Positions 54,403 to 64,000 of a stretch of DNA of 64,000 bases are shown here, one piece after another (position 1 is the first letter of the stretch; the number at the start of each line of letters is the position of its first letter). A program made the translations under genes and the position numbers. The notes below the pieces were generated by a model, which saw only the letters and a program-made list of their open reading frames with translations, had not been told where the DNA came from and ran no database searches. The DNA comes from a virus. Taxonomy: Duplodnaviria > Caudoviricetes. The stretch lies in IMG/VR virus record IMGVR_UViG_3300044656_000123, positions 32,119 through 96,118 of that record; one strand, given 5' to 3'.

Positions 54403-57400
54403 ATGGCTGGCGACGAAGAAATATTATTTAATGTTAACGGCAATGTAGGAAGCGCCGTTTCAGCATTAAATGAATGGGTTTCAGCCATTCAAAACGTTCA
54501 GAAATCTTTCGGTGATTTAGCAACTGGCATCGCTGACCTGAACACAGCTTTTAGCGGCCTCTCACAAAACATTAGCGGTGTCATGAGTGCGCTTGAAAAC
54601 CTTGCTTCTAGCCCTGCCGCAGAGATGCTAGGTACACTTGCTGAAGCAGCTACAACGCTAGAAGAGACAGGCAGCGCTCTTGCTGAGTCTTTAAGCGGTG
54701 ATGCGGCGGCATTAACCGAGCTTACTGACGCTTCGGCAACTGCGGCTGAGGTGCTTGCCTCTCTTGCTCCTTCAGCAGAAGAGGCAGATTCAGTTCTTAC
54801 TACGTTAACTGACGGTATTGGCACTGTCGCTACTGAGCTATCCACTATGGGGCCTGACGCTGACGGTGCAATGCAAGCAATGCTCGATCTTGCGCAAGCC
54901 GTTGGTGACGCTCAGCAAATCATGACGGTATTCTCTGGTGATGCCGACGCTGTTGACGTAGCACTTAACTCACTTACCCCATCATTTCAAGCTGCACAAC
55001 AAGCTTTGTTAGCACTAGGCGATGCTGGCACCCCTGCCTTAGCAGCGTTTGTGTCTATGGCTGACGCAGCCAATGCACAGTTAAACCCCGCTTTGGCGCA
55101 AGTATCTGCTGTGTCTAATCAAACGGCTTCCGACATACAAAACGCAGGATCAAGCGTTGATGCTGCGGCGCAACAAGTCGCTACTAGCGCCTCAAGTATC
55201 GCTGAGTCTGGTGCAGAAATAGCAGCAACAGGCGGCGATGTAGAGGTTTTAAATCAAGCATTCTTTGCTGTCCAACCTGCCGCGCAAGCAGTTTACACAG
55301 CCGTTAACGGCGCTGCACAACAGATGCAGAATGTACAAATAGCCGCGCAACAGGCCGCGCAAGGCACAACCGGGTTTGAAGATGCCTTGAATGCGCTCCT
55401 TGCCAAGCTTGATGAGGTTGTAGGAGCAGTTAATAGCCTGACCGTTGCCGAAGAAACAAACGCAGCCGAGGACAACGCAGCAAGAACGGGCATGGGCAAT
55501 GATGCAATGCAGCTTATGATGCTCATACCAATGATTACACAGACCGCAGGCGGATTTTTGCAAATGGGCATAGCGGCTGAGGATAGTATTGCGCACATTA
55601 CTGGCCTTGCCGATCAGTCTTTAGCTCTTGCTTCAAACTCTAAAACACTCAATACAGACATTACTGCACTAGAACAATCAGCGCAGAAATACGGCGTATC
55701 TATGAAAGACGCTGGCGATGGTCTGTATTACATTATTTCAGCAGGTTTTAATACAGCAGATGCATTAAAGGTGCTTGATGTATCAATGGAAGCATCTGCG
55801 GCTACTGGCGCAAAGATGCAAACAGTTAGTAACGCGCTTACTAGCGTATTGCACGCTTACAACTTAACTGCTGCACAAGCTAAAACTACACAGGACCAAC
55901 TAACAGAAGCCGTTGTAAGTGGTAAGCAGGACTATCAAGAATTTGCCAATGTGATCGGTAGAACGGCTGCGGTAGGTTCAAACGCTGGCGTGTCTTTGAG
56001 AGAGCTTCTTGCTGCGGAATCCACATTAACACAGATCAACCCATCGGTAAGACAGGATACACAGAACCTTGCTAACCTCATGGGAGTGCTGAGTACTGGC
56101 GCAGATAAGACTGCAAAGACAGCGCAGGCACTTGGTTTGCAGTTTAACGAGACATCGTACCGATCAAAGGACCTGTACGAAAAACTTCAATATTTATGGC
56201 AGGTATCAGGGCAAAACACTGATAAATTCCATGCCTTATTGCAGAATGCTACAGCGTACACAGCCGCTATGAACCTGATGCGCGATGGTGGAACACTCTT
56301 TACAAACCAGATGATCAATCAAGGTCAGGCTATAGGGTCTACTGACCGAGCTTTTCAGCAGGCTTCACAGACCATTAGCTTTGCTCTGAACCAGATTAGC
56401 GCAGCGCTCTCTGTCATGTCCTACAACTTTATTCGCGCTATTGGCCCGGTTGTGGCTCCGCTTTTCGCGCAATTCGCCTCTATGCTTGGAAACTTAGCTA
56501 GCAACACACAGGTTTTAATGCCGATACTCGGAGGTCTCGCCGCAACACTTGGAGTACTCCTTGTAGCGGCTGTAGCGGCTGTAACGGCTTCATTTTGGGG
56601 CATGCTTGCGCCGTTTGGCGCTATTGCTATTGCTATCGGCGCTGTAGTAGCGGCCTTTATCTATATCATTCCAAAGATTATTGAGGTAGCAAACAGTAAT
56701 ACAATGCTCGGTAGTTCACTTAGAGCAATTGAGTTTGTTGTCAAGTCTGCTGCTCAGAACTTACGTAGCGCTTTCGGCGGTGCTATAGCCGCTCTACACC
56801 CCTTACTAGCTGGCCTTGGCACAATATTGCACAGCGTAGTTATCCCGGCACTAGCAGCGTTAGCAGGCGGCATAGGGCAAGGTTTAGCCAGTCTCATGAA
56901 CATGATAGCGCAAGCTGTCAGAGCCGCAACACCATACATTCTGCAATTTGGTGTATACATACAACAGCACGTTGCCCCGGCCTTGCAAGCAGCTTTACCT
57001 AGCATCGAGTCTTTTGCTAAGACCATCGGAAGTATGATACCGTTCATCATTGCTGTTGGAGGGCCATTACTCGCCTTGCGCGGCGCTGTAGGTTTGGTTA
57101 CTGGCGCTATGGGTCCTTTAGAAGTCGTAGTGGGACGCGCAGGGGCAGCTTTCAATCTGTTCAAGATTCCGGCGCAAGGAATTTGGACAGTAATGCAAGG
57201 CTTAGGCGGAATTATCAGGAATCCGATATCAGCGTTCGCGCAACTGCAAATGAGCCTTACAACTATCGCTGAGAATATTATGGGCGTTTTCAGAGTAGCA
57301 ATACTCTGGCTTCAAGGTGCATTTGGCATAGTTATGGACGTTATTGCTGGCGCTGGTGGTCCTCTACAAGCTTTCCTTGCGGTAATTCAGGCAGGCGGCG

Positions 57401-59586
57401 CGGCTATCGGTCAGTTTGCAGGTGCGCTTATAGGTATGATTAACCCGGTAACAGTGATTGCGGCTGTACTTGTAGCTCTGAGTGCCATTCTTATTCACTG
57501 GCTTGTTACTACAAAGCAAGGACAGGCAGTGCTTGCCGGGTTGTGGGCCGCTCTTGTCAGGGTCGGTCAAGTAATTTTATCTTCGCTTCAACCTGCATGG
57601 GCCTCGTTACAAGCTTCGATGCGCTTAATTATGGCATCGCTTATGCAAGTATGGGTAGCACTACAGCCTCTTATGCCTTTGTTCTTGCGTGTAGCTCAGA
57701 TAATAGGCGCAATACTTGTTGTAGCTATAGCTATAGCCATTGCCGCAATTGTAGGTATTATCACAGCATTAGCAAACTTCGTAGCTGGCCTTGTAAATGT
57801 GATAGCACATGTCATACAGTTCGTGTCTGGAATAATCCAAGCATTTGCAGGTCTATTCACAATCCTAAAAGGCTTGTTACACGGCAATACTGCTGAAATG
57901 CAGCAAGGATGGAATACTTTTTGCCAAGGGCTTCAAAATGCATGGAATGGCCTATGGGGTGCGCTCGTTGGCATAGCAAAGACCTTTATTAACACAATTA
58001 AGGGGCTTGTTGGGGGCTTTACGTCGGCTATTTCTGGCATGTTTCACGCTATGGCTGACGCGGTTGTGCATCACTCCATCTGGCCTGATATGTGGACAGC
58101 GATTAGTGCTAATACCTCGACAAACACGGCGAAGGTACACGGTCAGGTACAAAACTTCTCATCTCAGACGCAAGCCAGCTTTATGCAGATGCAAGTAGCT
58201 TCAGTAGCCCATGTAGCAACAATGTGGCAAAACGTACAGCGCCAAATCAGCGTAGCCATGACTACCAGTACTGCGGCTGTGCGCGTCGGCTTTGCGGCTA
58301 TGAATACGCAGATAGTTAGCTCTGGCGTGCTCATCCAACACTCTGTAGTACAAACATGGTCACTTGTCGCAAAAGCTATCACTGTCTCTCTTGCTCAGAT
58401 CGAAACACAGGTACGCACGTGCTTTGCGACGATGGACGCAGACATGGCAAAGTACGACGTGCTCTTAATCAATGAGAACAATGCTACGTGGACAGCTATA
58501 GCGCAGCAAACCACGACGCACCTGACTGCCATGCAAAATGCAATTAACACCGGGTACGCCAACATAGCTAAGACGATCCAGACCGATCTAAATAGCATCA
58601 CACTGCAAAATCAAACTTTCTGGACAAAACTGGTACAAGATACGAGAACGCAATGGACATTGGTGCTCTCTCTGTACACGCAATACGAACTCTTGATCTT
58701 CAACGGTTACAAGGCATGGCAGCTACAGCTTACAGTGCTTTATACGCAGTGGTGGACTACGTATCAAACATTCCTTAAGGCACAGCTACTACTCGTTACA
58801 ACAGAATGGCGAACTTTCTGGTTAGCTTTGATCAAGCAGGATCAACTCAACTGGAAAACGATGTTGCTGGACGCCACAAACGGCATGAGGCTCATCAATA
58901 CAGCTATCCAGACGGGTATCAAAACCATAGAGACCACTATAACAGCGCTTATTACATGGATTACGCAGCAAATGACCGCACTAGACGCAAAAGCAACGGT
59001 GTGGGGCAGAGACTTTGCGGCAAACTTTGCGGCTGGTATCAACTCTGGCGCTGGCGCAATACGCTCAGCAATCGCAAGCGTCACCGCTTCAGCACAAGCT
59101 AACCTTGGACACTCAAAACCATCGCAAGGTCCCATGTCTGACGATGACGTTTGGGGCTTGCATTTCATGCAAAACTTTGCAAAAGGTATACAAGCAGGGT
59201 TACCGGAAGTACAACAGGCGGCGCAAAACGCAGCAAGTATCATCACAGCAGCCATGCCTACGGCTCAGAATGCGCTCAACGCCTCGCGCCCCGCTCAGGG
59301 TAACGTCACAAACGGCGCGGAGCACTTACAAGTACTTAAGCAGATCCTTGCTCAGCTAAAAGCCATGCAGCAAGGCGGCGCAGGCACTACAAACAACTAT
59401 GGGTCAACGCAGATCGGCTACAACATACCGAGCACACAGTTAGGATCTATTGTTCAGCAGTTTAGCAACGGTAATAACCAGTTATCAGCAAGTCAGATAG
59501 CAAACATTTACAACCAGATTAACCAGTTACAAGGTCTATCTCAAGAATACGCGGCTAGGGGCGCATCGACGGGGGTAGGATTCTAA
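54403..59586 (+). CDS. tape measure protein (TP901-type core)
   Basis: 1727 aa, Ala/Gly-rich; DAGDGLYYIISAGF...SVLHAYNL core; amphipathic repeats; HSKPSQGP motif. Confidence 0.95.
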   Translation: MAGDEEILFNVNGNVGSAVSALNEWVSAIQNVQKSFGDLATGIADLNTAFSGLSQNISGVMSALENLASSPAAEMLGTLAEAATTLEETGSALAESLSGDAAALTELTDASATAAEVLASLAPSAEEADSVLTTLTDGIGTVATELSTMGPDADGAMQAMLDLAQAVGDAQQIMTVFSGDADAVDVALNSLTPSFQAAQQALLALGDAGTPALAAFVSMADAANAQLNPALAQVSAVSNQTASDIQNAGSSVDAAAQQVATSASSIAESGAEIAATGGDVEVLNQAFFAVQPAAQAVYTAVNGAAQQMQNVQIAAQQAAQGTTGFEDALNALLAKLDEVVGAVNSLTVAEETNAAEDNAARTGMGNDAMQLMMLIPMITQTAGGFLQMGIAAEDSIAHITGLADQSLALASNSKTLNTDITALEQSAQKYGVSMKDAGDGLYYIISAGFNTADALKVLDVSMEASAATGAKMQTVSNALTSVLHAYNLTAAQAKTTQDQLTEAVVSGKQDYQEFANVIGRTAAVGSNAGVSLRELLAAESTLTQINPSVRQDTQNLANLMGVLSTGADKTAKTAQALGLQFNETSYRSKDLYEKLQYLWQVSGQNTDKFHALLQNATAYTAAMNLMRDGGTLFTNQMINQGQAIGSTDRAFQQASQTISFALNQISAALSVMSYNFIRAIGPVVAPLFAQFASMLGNLASNTQVLMPILGGLAATLGVLLVAAVAAVTASFWGMLAPFGAIAIAIGAVVAAFIYIIPKIIEVANSNTMLGSSLRAIEFVVKSAAQNLRSAFGGAIAALHPLLAGLGTILHSVVIPALAALAGGIGQGLASLMNMIAQAVRAATPYILQFGVYIQQHVAPALQAALPSIESFAKTIGSMIPFIIAVGGPLLALRGAVGLVTGAMGPLEVVVGRAGAAFNLFKIPAQGIWTVMQGLGGIIRNPISAFAQLQMSLTTIAENIMGVFRVAILWLQGAFGIVMDVIAGAGGPLQAFLAVIQAGGAAIGQFAGALIGMINPVTVIAAVLVALSAILIHWLVTTKQGQAVLAGLWAALVRVGQVILSSLQPAWASLQASMRLIMASLMQVWVALQPLMPLFLRVAQIIGAILVVAIAIAIAAIVGIITALANFVAGLVNVIAHVIQFVSGIIQAFAGLFTILKGLLHGNTAEMQQGWNTFCQGLQNAWNGLWGALVGIAKTFINTIKGLVGGFTSAISGMFHAMADAVVHHSIWPDMWTAISANTSTNTAKVHGQVQNFSSQTQASFMQMQVASVAHVATMWQNVQRQISVAMTTSTAAVRVGFAAMNTQIVSSGVLIQHSVVQTWSLVAKAITVSLAQIETQVRTCFATMDADMAKYDVLLINENNATWTAIAQQTTTHLTAMQNAINTGYANIAKTIQTDLNSITLQNQTFWTKLVQDTRTQWTLVLSLYTQYELLIFNGYKAWQLQLTVLYTQWWTTYQTFLKAQLLLVTTEWRTFWLALIKQDQLNWKTMLLDATNGMRLINTAIQTGIKTIETTITALITWITQQMTALDAKATVWGRDFAANFAAGINSGAGAIRSAIASVTASAQANLGHSKPSQGPMSDDDVWGLHFMQNFAKGIQAGLPEVQQAAQNAASIITAAMPTAQNALNASRPAQGNVTNGAEHLQVLKQILAQLKAMQQGGAGTTNNYGSTQIGYNIPSTQLGSIVQQFSNGNNQLSASQIANIYNQINQLQGLSQEYAARGASTGVGF

Positions 59587-59588
59587 AC

Positions 59589-60653
59589 ATGGCATTAACA
59601 CCAATACTATACAACTCATTCAACCTGAATGATGGCATAAATTACGTTACGCTTAGCAAAAATGTTGGTTTCCCGGCTATTAATCCGAGCACTTTTAAGA
59701 TTGGACGCTTAGAAGGCATGAAAAAAGTCGGTGAAAACATCAATGAGCGTAAAATTAGCCTGACGGTACGCGTTATTGGCGTGTCTCGCGCTGACCTTGA
59801 GAACAAAATTGATGCGATGCAAAACGCGCTATGGCAGCGTGGCGGAAATCTTTATCTGCACACGAACGATAACAGGTACTTTATTGTTGACTGTGTTGAT
59901 TGTAAGTATAACTTTGGTGTTGGGCAAATTGTATCAGTGACCGCGCAACTCGATTTTATAGCGTACACACCCTTTGCCTTTGCAAGTACGCAGTCAAGCT
60001 ATGACACAGGCATATTCGTGATGCCTTCTGTTGGTACACAGCTAGGTCCGAAGTCATTTTCTCAGTCCTTTGCAGTAGTCGGAGGCGGCAACGTCTATAC
60101 GCGGCCTGTGATCACCATTACAAACCAGCAACCGTTTATGCAGGTTACGCTGACTAGCGCGTTAACTCTCAACGTAAACTACACCTCTATCAACGTAACT
60201 GCCGTGACGCAGCCATTATATCAAGGGGATGACCTGATAATACAAAGTGGCACGACAAAACAATCTGTTGTTGTTGCAGCGAGTGTTAGTGCAGGAGCAA
60301 CAACAATCCCTGTTGGTGGTTTCCTGCCAAACATCACTTTTGCTATCGGTAGCACAGTGACTAGAGACTCAACAATAAACGCTATTTTCATGAACCAGAC
60401 AACAGATCAACAGGTGTTAGAGGTAAGTAGCCTCTTGCCTAACAACTACGGTGATGATCTTGTGATCAACTGTGATCCTTTGTCAACGAATGGATACACG
60501 GCAATACTCAATGCAGGAAGTACAATATCAAGTATATCCGGGTCCTTCCCGGTGTTAGAGCCGACAGAGACAGATTATACATTCGTGATTAATGCAAACT
60601 CAGTGCCGCAACTAGAAATAGTGTGGAACTGGAATACTAGATGGTTAGCGTAG
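59589..60653 (+). CDS. distal tail protein (Dit-like)
   Basis: Follows TMP; ERKISL, FIAYTPFAF, GNVYTRPVITI, GSFPVLEP. Confidence 0.8.
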   Translation: MALTPILYNSFNLNDGINYVTLSKNVGFPAINPSTFKIGRLEGMKKVGENINERKISLTVRVIGVSRADLENKIDAMQNALWQRGGNLYLHTNDNRYFIVDCVDCKYNFGVGQIVSVTAQLDFIAYTPFAFASTQSSYDTGIFVMPSVGTQLGPKSFSQSFAVVGGGNVYTRPVITITNQQPFMQVTLTSALTLNVNYTSINVTAVTQPLYQGDDLIIQSGTTKQSVVVAASVSAGATTIPVGGFLPNITFAIGSTVTRDSTINAIFMNQTTDQQVLEVSSLLPNNYGDDLVINCDPLSTNGYTAILNAGSTISSISGSFPVLEPTETDYTFVINANSVPQLEIVWNWNTRWLA

Positions 60654-60654
60654 C

Positions 60655-62943
60655 ATGGGATACATAGCACTAGATACATTTAATAGGTCAAATCAATCAG
60701 GATGGGGTACTGCATCTGACGGTGCGCACACGTGGTCTGTTCTTTCTAGCGGTGGCGCATCATACAATATTTCCGGCAATACAGGCGTAGCGACACTTGG
60801 AAGCTCAGGCAATACATCTTTTAACGCTCTAGCCTCTTCTACTAACGGTGAGCCTTTTGAAATTTACATGGAATGGCAAACCAGCAACAGCAGTAACCAC
60901 GTAGGAGTATTTTTTGATTATTTAGACTCATCAAACTACATGTACGCTGAGGCTACGGCGTCTAACGTTAATATTCACCGCATTATCTCTGGCTCAGACA
61001 ATATTATCGCTACAACGCCTAACCCTAATCCTAACTCATCTAATACGCCGTACGGTATGCGTCTACAATGGCGTACAACCGGGGATTACTTCTTAAAGAC
61101 ATGGATACTAGCAAACGGTGAGCCTTCAGGTTGGACGCTGAACGTCAATGATGGATTCTTTTCTAATGGTCAGTTCGGCATATGGACAGGTAGCCGCTCA
61201 CAAGGCAGCACCGTTACCCTTACGCAATACGGCGTAACAGATACGTCGATAGTCAATGATCCAAGTCAGCTTATTCTTAGTGACTCCATCACGTACAGCA
61301 ACAGCGCCGCGCCAATACCTACGCCTCCACCGATTACAACAACATATAATTTTACTGGAAACATAGTTAGCCAGCGTTATTACAAGTATCAAGTAGCGTA
61401 TGTTTATACACCAGACAACAGTACTTTTATTGATGTGCTTCGTGACGCTCCTTTATTGGCAGGATTCACAGAAACAATATCGAGCGGCATTTCGCCTATT
61501 CGCGTAAAACTTCCGCGCAGCTTTGACTTCTATGATCAGGCTGGCATTATCGGAAGCCGAGGAACGATAGCGCAAGGTAACGTTGTGCGCTACTACTTGT
61601 TTGGTCCGGGTCTGCCTACAAGCGGATACTTACGATTTCAGGGATTTATTGATACCATAGAGCCTGAAATATCCGATAACGGAGAGGAAAGCGTTACAAT
61701 TACGTTGGTGCCTTTTTCCTCTGTTCTTGGTGATCATGGCATCACCACTAATATATTTTTCGGTAAGGCAGGTACTACAAGTACGTATGTTGACCCGATA
61801 AATATAATGAAGTACTTCTTCACGACAACTGATACTGTTACCGGAAAATCATTCATGTATCCGTTGACGTGGGACCCTAGCAACCCCACGTCAAGCGGCA
61901 TCACAGTAAGCTACGCGTTTAGCAATCAGAATATACAGAGTATCTTTGACACAGCTTTATTAATGCTCCCGGCTAACTGGTATTACCGGATTAACCCGGA
62001 TAATACCGTGAGCGTCAACGTGCCTAATACCTTGCCTGATCACACGCTTTACGTCGGCAAAAACATCTCTAATCCGCAGTACCGCATTGATTGGAGTCAG
62101 TTAAGAAACGTAGTTGTGTACAAAGGCGGCAATTCAGGCGGTACTACAACAGGTACAGTAACAGGATCTATCAGCAGCGCTAAAACAGACAGTAAAAGCT
62201 TAAGCTTAAACGGGTCTACATCCGGTACAGTAAAATCAAGTGGTAGCATGAGTGGTAGCATGAGCGGCAATGCCCCGGCTGGTGGTGGAAGCATGACCGT
62301 AAGCGGCAGTGTAAGCGGTAGCGTAAGCGGTGGTTACAGTGATAGCTTTAGTGTTAGTGGTAGTACAGGCAACATCAATGTCACTGGCTCAATTACTGGC
62401 ACAACCACTATAACGTCTGTGCCTATGCAGCTTGTAAAGTCTAGTGCCAGTTCTCTTGCAACGTTTGGTGAAAGAATTAATTACTATACCGAAGCAAGGA
62501 TAGTAGACCAGAATACGCTGAGTGTTGTGGCGCTCGGAGTGCTGACGCAGTTAAATCGGTACACGATCAGAACAAAGGTCCGTGTACCAGACTACTCCGG
62601 CACAACAGGTACAGGGTATCCAATTGACAGCTTTAAAGTTGGTCAATCTGTGCTTGTTGTCGATCCTACAGCGCCTAATAGCCAGATTCCTACTTTATGG
62701 GATCAAGGTATATGGGATCAAAGTGCATGGGACTTTAAAATCGGTGTGAACCTCAAAACATCACTTTTTGACCATACATTGCCTATTGTCAGTATCGCGT
62801 ACGGGTTTGACTATGTAGATCTTGAGTTAGATTCTCTGATGCCAAACTTGTCGCGTGCATTTAAAAGTATTCAACAAAGTCTTAATGACTTCACTATGGG
62901 CATAGTCGCTACAGGTGCGGCTACTGCTGCTCAAACAAACTAA
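60655..62943 (+). CDS. baseplate hub / minor tail protein with N-terminal beta-sandwich domain
   Basis: Follows Dit; DTFNRSN...WG lectin-like start; LRNVVVYKGG; Ser/Gly repeat insert. Confidence 0.75.
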   Translation: MGYIALDTFNRSNQSGWGTASDGAHTWSVLSSGGASYNISGNTGVATLGSSGNTSFNALASSTNGEPFEIYMEWQTSNSSNHVGVFFDYLDSSNYMYAEATASNVNIHRIISGSDNIIATTPNPNPNSSNTPYGMRLQWRTTGDYFLKTWILANGEPSGWTLNVNDGFFSNGQFGIWTGSRSQGSTVTLTQYGVTDTSIVNDPSQLILSDSITYSNSAAPIPTPPPITTTYNFTGNIVSQRYYKYQVAYVYTPDNSTFIDVLRDAPLLAGFTETISSGISPIRVKLPRSFDFYDQAGIIGSRGTIAQGNVVRYYLFGPGLPTSGYLRFQGFIDTIEPEISDNGEESVTITLVPFSSVLGDHGITTNIFFGKAGTTSTYVDPINIMKYFFTTTDTVTGKSFMYPLTWDPSNPTSSGITVSYAFSNQNIQSIFDTALLMLPANWYYRINPDNTVSVNVPNTLPDHTLYVGKNISNPQYRIDWSQLRNVVVYKGGNSGGTTTGTVTGSISSAKTDSKSLSLNGSTSGTVKSSGSMSGSMSGNAPAGGGSMTVSGSVSGSVSGGYSDSFSVSGSTGNINVTGSITGTTTITSVPMQLVKSSASSLATFGERINYYTEARIVDQNTLSVVALGVLTQLNRYTIRTKVRVPDYSGTTGTGYPIDSFKVGQSVLVVDPTAPNSQIPTLWDQGIWDQSAWDFKIGVNLKTSLFDHTLPIVSIAYGFDYVDLELDSLMPNLSRAFKSIQQSLNDFTMGIVATGAATAAQTN

Positions 62944-62953
62944 GGAGTAAACC

Positions 62954-63172
62954 ATGACCCAGGCAGAAATTGAGAATCTTTTTATGTACCACGCGCCGAA
63001 CGAAGCTCAGATCGAAGAAATGAAGAAGCTTCGGGAAAAGGCGTTATCCTTTGCCATGATGGTTTCTGAGTTAACACCAGTGTCGCCTGAGCAGACGCTA
63101 GCCATTCGAGCTATCCACTTGGCTTCTATGCATGCAAACTCAGCTATCGCTCTGCACAGTAAGAAGCCTTAA
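62954..63172 (+). CDS. Acb2/Tad1-like hairpin protein (putative cyclic-nucleotide sponge)
   Basis: FMYHAP...LREKA...PVSPEQTLAI...MHANSAIA resembles the short Acb2/Tad1-domain family; AAGGAG SD. Confidence 0.65.
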   Translation: MTQAEIENLFMYHAPNEAQIEEMKKLREKALSFAMMVSELTPVSPEQTLAIRAIHLASMHANSAIALHSKKP

Positions 63173-63223
63173 GTACTTTTGAACTAGCCTGAGAGCATAA
63201 ACAATGCTTATCCGTTACACTGT

Positions 63224-63634
63224 ATGAAGGAGAACATCAGGTTGTCAGTACAAGATAAACCATCCTTGAATCGTATTCCTGTAGAATACACTGAAGCAGG
63301 TTATGAAGCCGTTATGACTTCGGCGCAAGAAGGCGTAAAATTGCCTCAAGCGCTAGGAGAGATCTTTGCGAAGGAAGGTCTTGAAGTCACTATCACGATT
63401 GACTGTGATTATAAGAGCAAGTTCTTCCCAGGCTGCGGCACTGAGAAGGTGTTGCTTACGATCATTACGCCGCGCATCGCGCCAGCTACTAAGTTTATGA
63501 AAGATCCTTTAGTGATCTACACCAACTTAGATGACCTTGCTCAAATTAGAACAAACCGTAATTATGGATTCAACGCTGCAAACACAGCAAGAGAGTTCGT
63601 AAGAGCTTATAAACAGTATTATGAGATTGCCTAA
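63224..63634 (+). CDS. hypothetical protein
   Basis: ORF TAATG-coupled to the next gene; start uncertain. Confidence 0.65.
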   Translation: MKENIRLSVQDKPSLNRIPVEYTEAGYEAVMTSAQEGVKLPQALGEIFAKEGLEVTITIDCDYKSKFFPGCGTEKVLLTIITPRIAPATKFMKDPLVIYTNLDDLAQIRTNRNYGFNAANTAREFVRAYKQYYEIA

Positions 63635-64000
63635 TGGGTCTGAACGTTTCGCTAATTACATTTAGCCCAAACACAACTATAAAGAGCGCTGACGTGAATG
63701 CTAACTTTCAACAAGTACTGAATGCGGCAACGTATTCAGGAAGCATTCAGGCGACAAACAACACGACTACACTTATTGAGATTGATGATATAGACATCAC
63801 GATCAAAAACGGTAGTCATACTTGTCATAGCTCTAGACACAAGCACCATTCAGGCTCTAATGATCGGTGTCAAGTTTTTTCGGTTAAGACCAACGGCGTT
63901 ATAATTGACGCTTTAGTGATTGACGAAACCGGGCAGTGTCACCATAAACACGGTCATCACTGTGATGGATACGGTAATCACTACGTTTCAACAAGCTACT
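63634..64000 (+). CDS. tail fibre-like protein, truncated by the window
   Basis: MGLNVSLITFSPNTTIKSADVNANF N-terminal anchor motif; frame open to the window end. Confidence 0.65.
   Translation, partial: MGLNVSLITFSPNTTIKSADVNANFQQVLNAATYSGSIQATNNTTTLIEIDDIDITIKNGSHTCHSSRHKHHSGSNDRCQVFSVKTNGVIIDALVIDETGQCHHKHGHHCDGYGNHYVSTSY

Noticed and set aside
1-64000. tRNA genes, integrase, CI-like repressor, DNA polymerase, alternative genetic code
   Set aside because: None recognised by eye; long structural ORFs are intact under code 11 and all three stop codons are used

Overview
The window is part of a tailed dsDNA phage genome with siphovirus-type morphogenesis genes. About 1-33 kb is a mostly plus-strand early/accessory region of short hypothetical genes. 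It is punctuated by repeated sigma70-type promoter/operator cassettes (TTGACA, 17-bp spacer, most carrying ATGC-N6-GCAT-like dyads) and palindromic terminators, and includes MazG-like, DUF2786, HNH, Zn-finger and membrane proteins, ending in an AAA/RecA-like ATPase. 32.7-34.2 kb is non-coding, with TTAG-N6-CTAA repeats and a DnaA-box-flanked AT-rich core (probable origin and/or packaging region). 34.2-38.5 kb is a minus-strand block (membrane-HTH protein, tandem GIY-YIG, LysM-CHAP hydrolase). 38.6-64 kb is the packaging/head/tail module: terminase S and L, portal, protease/scaffold, major capsid, neck, tail tube, chaperone with -1 frameshift, tape measure, Dit, baseplate, an Acb2/Tad1-like gene and the start of a tail fibre. 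The strongest novelty candidate is an ORF-poor 850-bp stretch at 36428-37271 that resolves into six head-to-tail minus-strand small-RNA genes, each with its own extended -10 promoter and terminator hairpin. They resemble orphan counter-transcribed antisense RNAs and may act in trans against competing mobile elements or host mRNAs (inference). The host may be Ktedonobacteria/Chloroflexota, from remembered similarity of the CHAP protein (unverified). All family assignments are by eye from motifs; no searches were run.
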